Assembly: GCF_036321535.1 (NCBI RefSeq)
Contig: NC_087447.1
Span: 48,052,001 to 48,116,000, forward strand
Length of the DNA: 64,000 bases
Source of the DNA: Camelus dromedarius
Lineage: Eukaryota
Reading direction: 5' to 3'
The translations under genes were made by a program, and so were the position numbers. Positions 63,221-64,000 of this stretch are shown piece by piece (the stretch's first letter is position 1; every line of letters starts with the position of its first letter). The notes beneath the pieces were generated by a model. It was given only the letters and a program-made list of their open reading frames with translations. It had not been told where the DNA came from and ran no database searches.

Positions 63221-64000
63221 ACCCTCCAAACTTATAAAACCTGCAAGGAACTGTGCAAGACAAATTTCAGGGCCCTAAACATCTACTAGATACTACCTTT
63301 AAGACTGGAGAGGAGACCATTCATCAGTAGATATGCACATGCACGCTCACAGACAAAATGAGAAGAGTTGGATTTATGTATGCCAAATGACAGAGCAGGA
63401 CCAGGTCCATAAGCAACTAATCAAGATTGAAAATTCTGATTTTTGATCTCATACAGTTTCCACAATAAAGTGACTAACTCTTTAAAGGTACAGTAATATG
63501 TAGATTAATACCTGACACTCAAATCTACAATCTGGAACAAAGGAATCAATTATGACATTCCTAGGTAAGGTAATTTACATCAACACAACCACCATGTCAG
63601 ACTGAAATAAGAAGAGGGGCTTAGGAATTCTCAAACATTTTGCACTATAATCATACACACAAAAATAACACAGGGCAACATACATGGAAAACCAATCACC
63701 TAGGCTATGTCATGGCTATATCTGAATGTGATATTGCCTAGAAGCTAAATGAAGCCAAACCAGCTTCTCAAGGACCTGGGAGAAGGCTATTAATGGAACT
63801 AGCTCCTTGATCTGTTTGTTGCTATTAGGATGTTCCTACCAAAAGCCACACTATCTATTTATCTATCTGTTTGTTTATTTACAGGACAGATGAGCCAAGC
63901 CTCTGGAGCCTATGACTTTGGCCATGTGATGTCAACTTTAGGGCAATATCTGGCTTCAAAATTGCTAAAGTAAGAAAATAGTTTTCAAAGGAGAGTATGC

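Noticed and set aside
1..64000. CRISPR arrays, operons, rRNA or other prokaryotic/viral systems
   Set aside because: The sequence is mammalian and repeat-rich. I saw no regularly spaced repeat-spacer array and no long ORF.

Overview
This is AT-rich, CpG-poor mammalian non-coding DNA, most likely from a camelid (alpaca, llama or camel), judged from five tRNA-Ala-derived SINEs matching the camelid Vic-1 type. I see no intact protein-coding gene, and the ORF track is mostly L1 ORF1/ORF2 debris or chance ORFs. The window holds layered retroelements: ancient MIR, L2, MaLR/ERVL LTR, MER and HAL1/L1M copies, plus younger L1 and SINE insertions, many with readable target-site duplications (TSDs). It also holds one apparently near-complete processed pseudogene of PTP4A1 (PRL-1) at 54049-56462, including a fossil 5'UTR uORF. 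The most unusual object is a 2.76 kb element at 18720-21480 bounded by a perfect 15-bp TSD. It consists of an L1 5'UTR and ORF1, has no sense-strand ORF2, and carries a mosaic 3' region, so it is a candidate half-L1 (HAL1-type) non-autonomous retrotransposon. Other oddities are two short L1 3' transductions, L1 copies sharing a premature 3' end, a perfect 17-bp hairpin and an E-box cluster. L1 orientation bias suggests the window is an intron of a minus-strand gene. Repeat subfamily names are from memory of consensus sequences, and boundaries of old repeats are approximate.
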